NCBI GenBank assembly: GCA_016748015.1
Contig: JAAOMT010000502.1
Span: 682,001 to 746,000, forward strand
Origin: Geosiphon pyriformis uo1
Lineage: Eukaryota; Fungi; Glomeromycota
Length of the DNA stretch: 64,000 bases
Direction: 5' to 3'
Part shown: one piece after another, positions 62,701-64,000 of the stretch
Layout: the number at the start of each line of letters is the position of its first letter
Position numbering within the stretch: position 1 is the stretch's first letter
Position numbers and translations under genes: made by a program
Notes under the pieces: model-generated
What the model saw: only the letters and a program-made list of their open reading frames with translations
Databases searched by the model: none
What the model was told of the DNA's origin: nothing

Positions 62701-64000
62701 CATCTATACTATTCCACAATAATCTACCTATTGTCGATCAAAGCTCATATGCATTAATTGTGGCAAGAAATTGTCATCAATGGGTGCATGCTGTGATAAC
62801 AATGAGAAATACCCAATGGCAACCAAGTTCTACTGTTGCTCATGCCTTGTTGAATGCTTTAGAAGGCCAAAATGAGTTGGAAAATGAGATAATAAGCCAT
62901 GCTTGGCTTGTGGAGAAACTCTTTTCAACAAAAAAATATGGAATGACATTCCTGAGAGAGGAGAAACATATGACAAATTGTGTTAGTATATGATTCTTAT
63001 AAGCGACTGAATAAGGAAAGGAACACTCATAAATGCTGCTTGAAGATGAACAGTCAAATGTCTGGATGGTTGTCCATACAATGACAATGAAATATGGTGA
63101 ATGGCACTTGCCAAAATTAAAAGAGTGTCACCAGAAAAAATAAAAACAATTAAAAATAACCCATCTGAACTCATAGAACTTGACTGGAACCCAGAACCAG
63201 TTATAAACCTTCTGAACTCAGAACAATTCCATGAACACTATTAAGAGCTAGCACCTATAAGAAAAGAGCAGAAACAACACTTGAAAGAAATCAACACTCA
63301 ATTATGTAACTACTATTTGATCCCATATGACTTCCAATATTGTAATGAGTGTGACCTCATTTACAATCCACCACCATGTATAATCTACATGATTGTGGAA
63401 GAAAAAGAACCAATCAGCAGCTGCACATCAGAATTGGAATCAATTTTCAATCCCAATTCAAACTCTGACAACGACAATAACAAAAACAACAGTTCTAGCT
63501 CCACCCAATATAGCAACAAAAATAACAATAATTCAGACTTTGATACAAATTCTGAAACATAAATTGCACTCCCTAATCTCACCAAGGACCAAGAGCTGAA
63601 ATAGTTCAGTGATAATAATGAAAAAATTATGCCAGAATATGTATATGATACTAATACAGGGTTTGATCTGAGATATCTAGAGAAGAATGTTATCAAATTG
63701 GAACCACATTTGCACACTTGCATTGATCTGAAAATAGCACTAGAAATTTCAGCAACAATAATGATTCAACTAGCCTTTAAAAGTAGTTTAGCAAAAAAGG
63801 GAATCAACATCAGAGGAGGAATAATTGATGCAGAATATGTAGAAAATATCATTGCAATGCTACAAAATTATTTAGAAAAAGCCTATATTATAGAGCCAAA
63901 CAAAAAGATAGCACAGGCAATATTCCTGCCTCTGGTGAAAATAGCTCAATTAGTATCAGTGGAAAACAAGGAAAAATTAGGAATTACAGCAAAAGGGATA
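59748..64000 (+). pseudogene. Element F Gag-PR-Cys-rich-dUTPase polyprotein, disrupted, incomplete
   Basis: MAYAPIAKIEKFTG capsid start about 60635, CHNCGKQNHIRANC knuckle, LILDSRLAGS protease, GFDLRY and RGGIIDAEY dUTPase motifs from about 63600. Confidence 0.9.

Larger units (their letters stand above)
58822..64000 (+). mobile_element. Ty3/Gypsy element F (family E/F), 5' part, runs off the right edge
   Basis: 5' LTR 58822-59684, PBS TGGTGCTTCCTGTGAAG 59687-59703, gag, protease, Cys-rich domain and dUTPase homologous to E. Confidence 0.93.

Overview
AT-rich eukaryotic (almost certainly fungal) DNA made entirely of nested, decayed retrotransposons; no host gene, RNA gene or CRISPR array can be supported. 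The element proteins remind me of Glomeromycotina (Geosiphon-like) repeats, but that is recollection, not a search result. Three Ty3/Gypsy LTR families are present (called A/C, D and E/F here). There are 3 complete elements with both LTRs and 4-bp TSDs (A 3226-13367, C 18299-28153, D 29310-37657), 3 elements running out of the window (D' from 29248, E on the minus strand, F from 58822) and 5 solo LTRs with TSDs. Four or five copies of an APE-RT-RNase H LINE are also present, one full length (43778-50560, 11-bp TSD, poly-A). Insertions are nested up to five deep. All ORFs are broken mainly by C>T/G>A nonsense changes. The most notable pattern is that all three LTR families share an unusual three-ORF layout: Gag-PR-(Cys-rich domain, dUTPase)-RT-RNase H / a separately initiated integrase ORF / a conserved non-env accessory ORF3 abutting the PPT. 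They also carry structured U5 elements, and two families have an AUG-less (GUG) 5' Gag extension.
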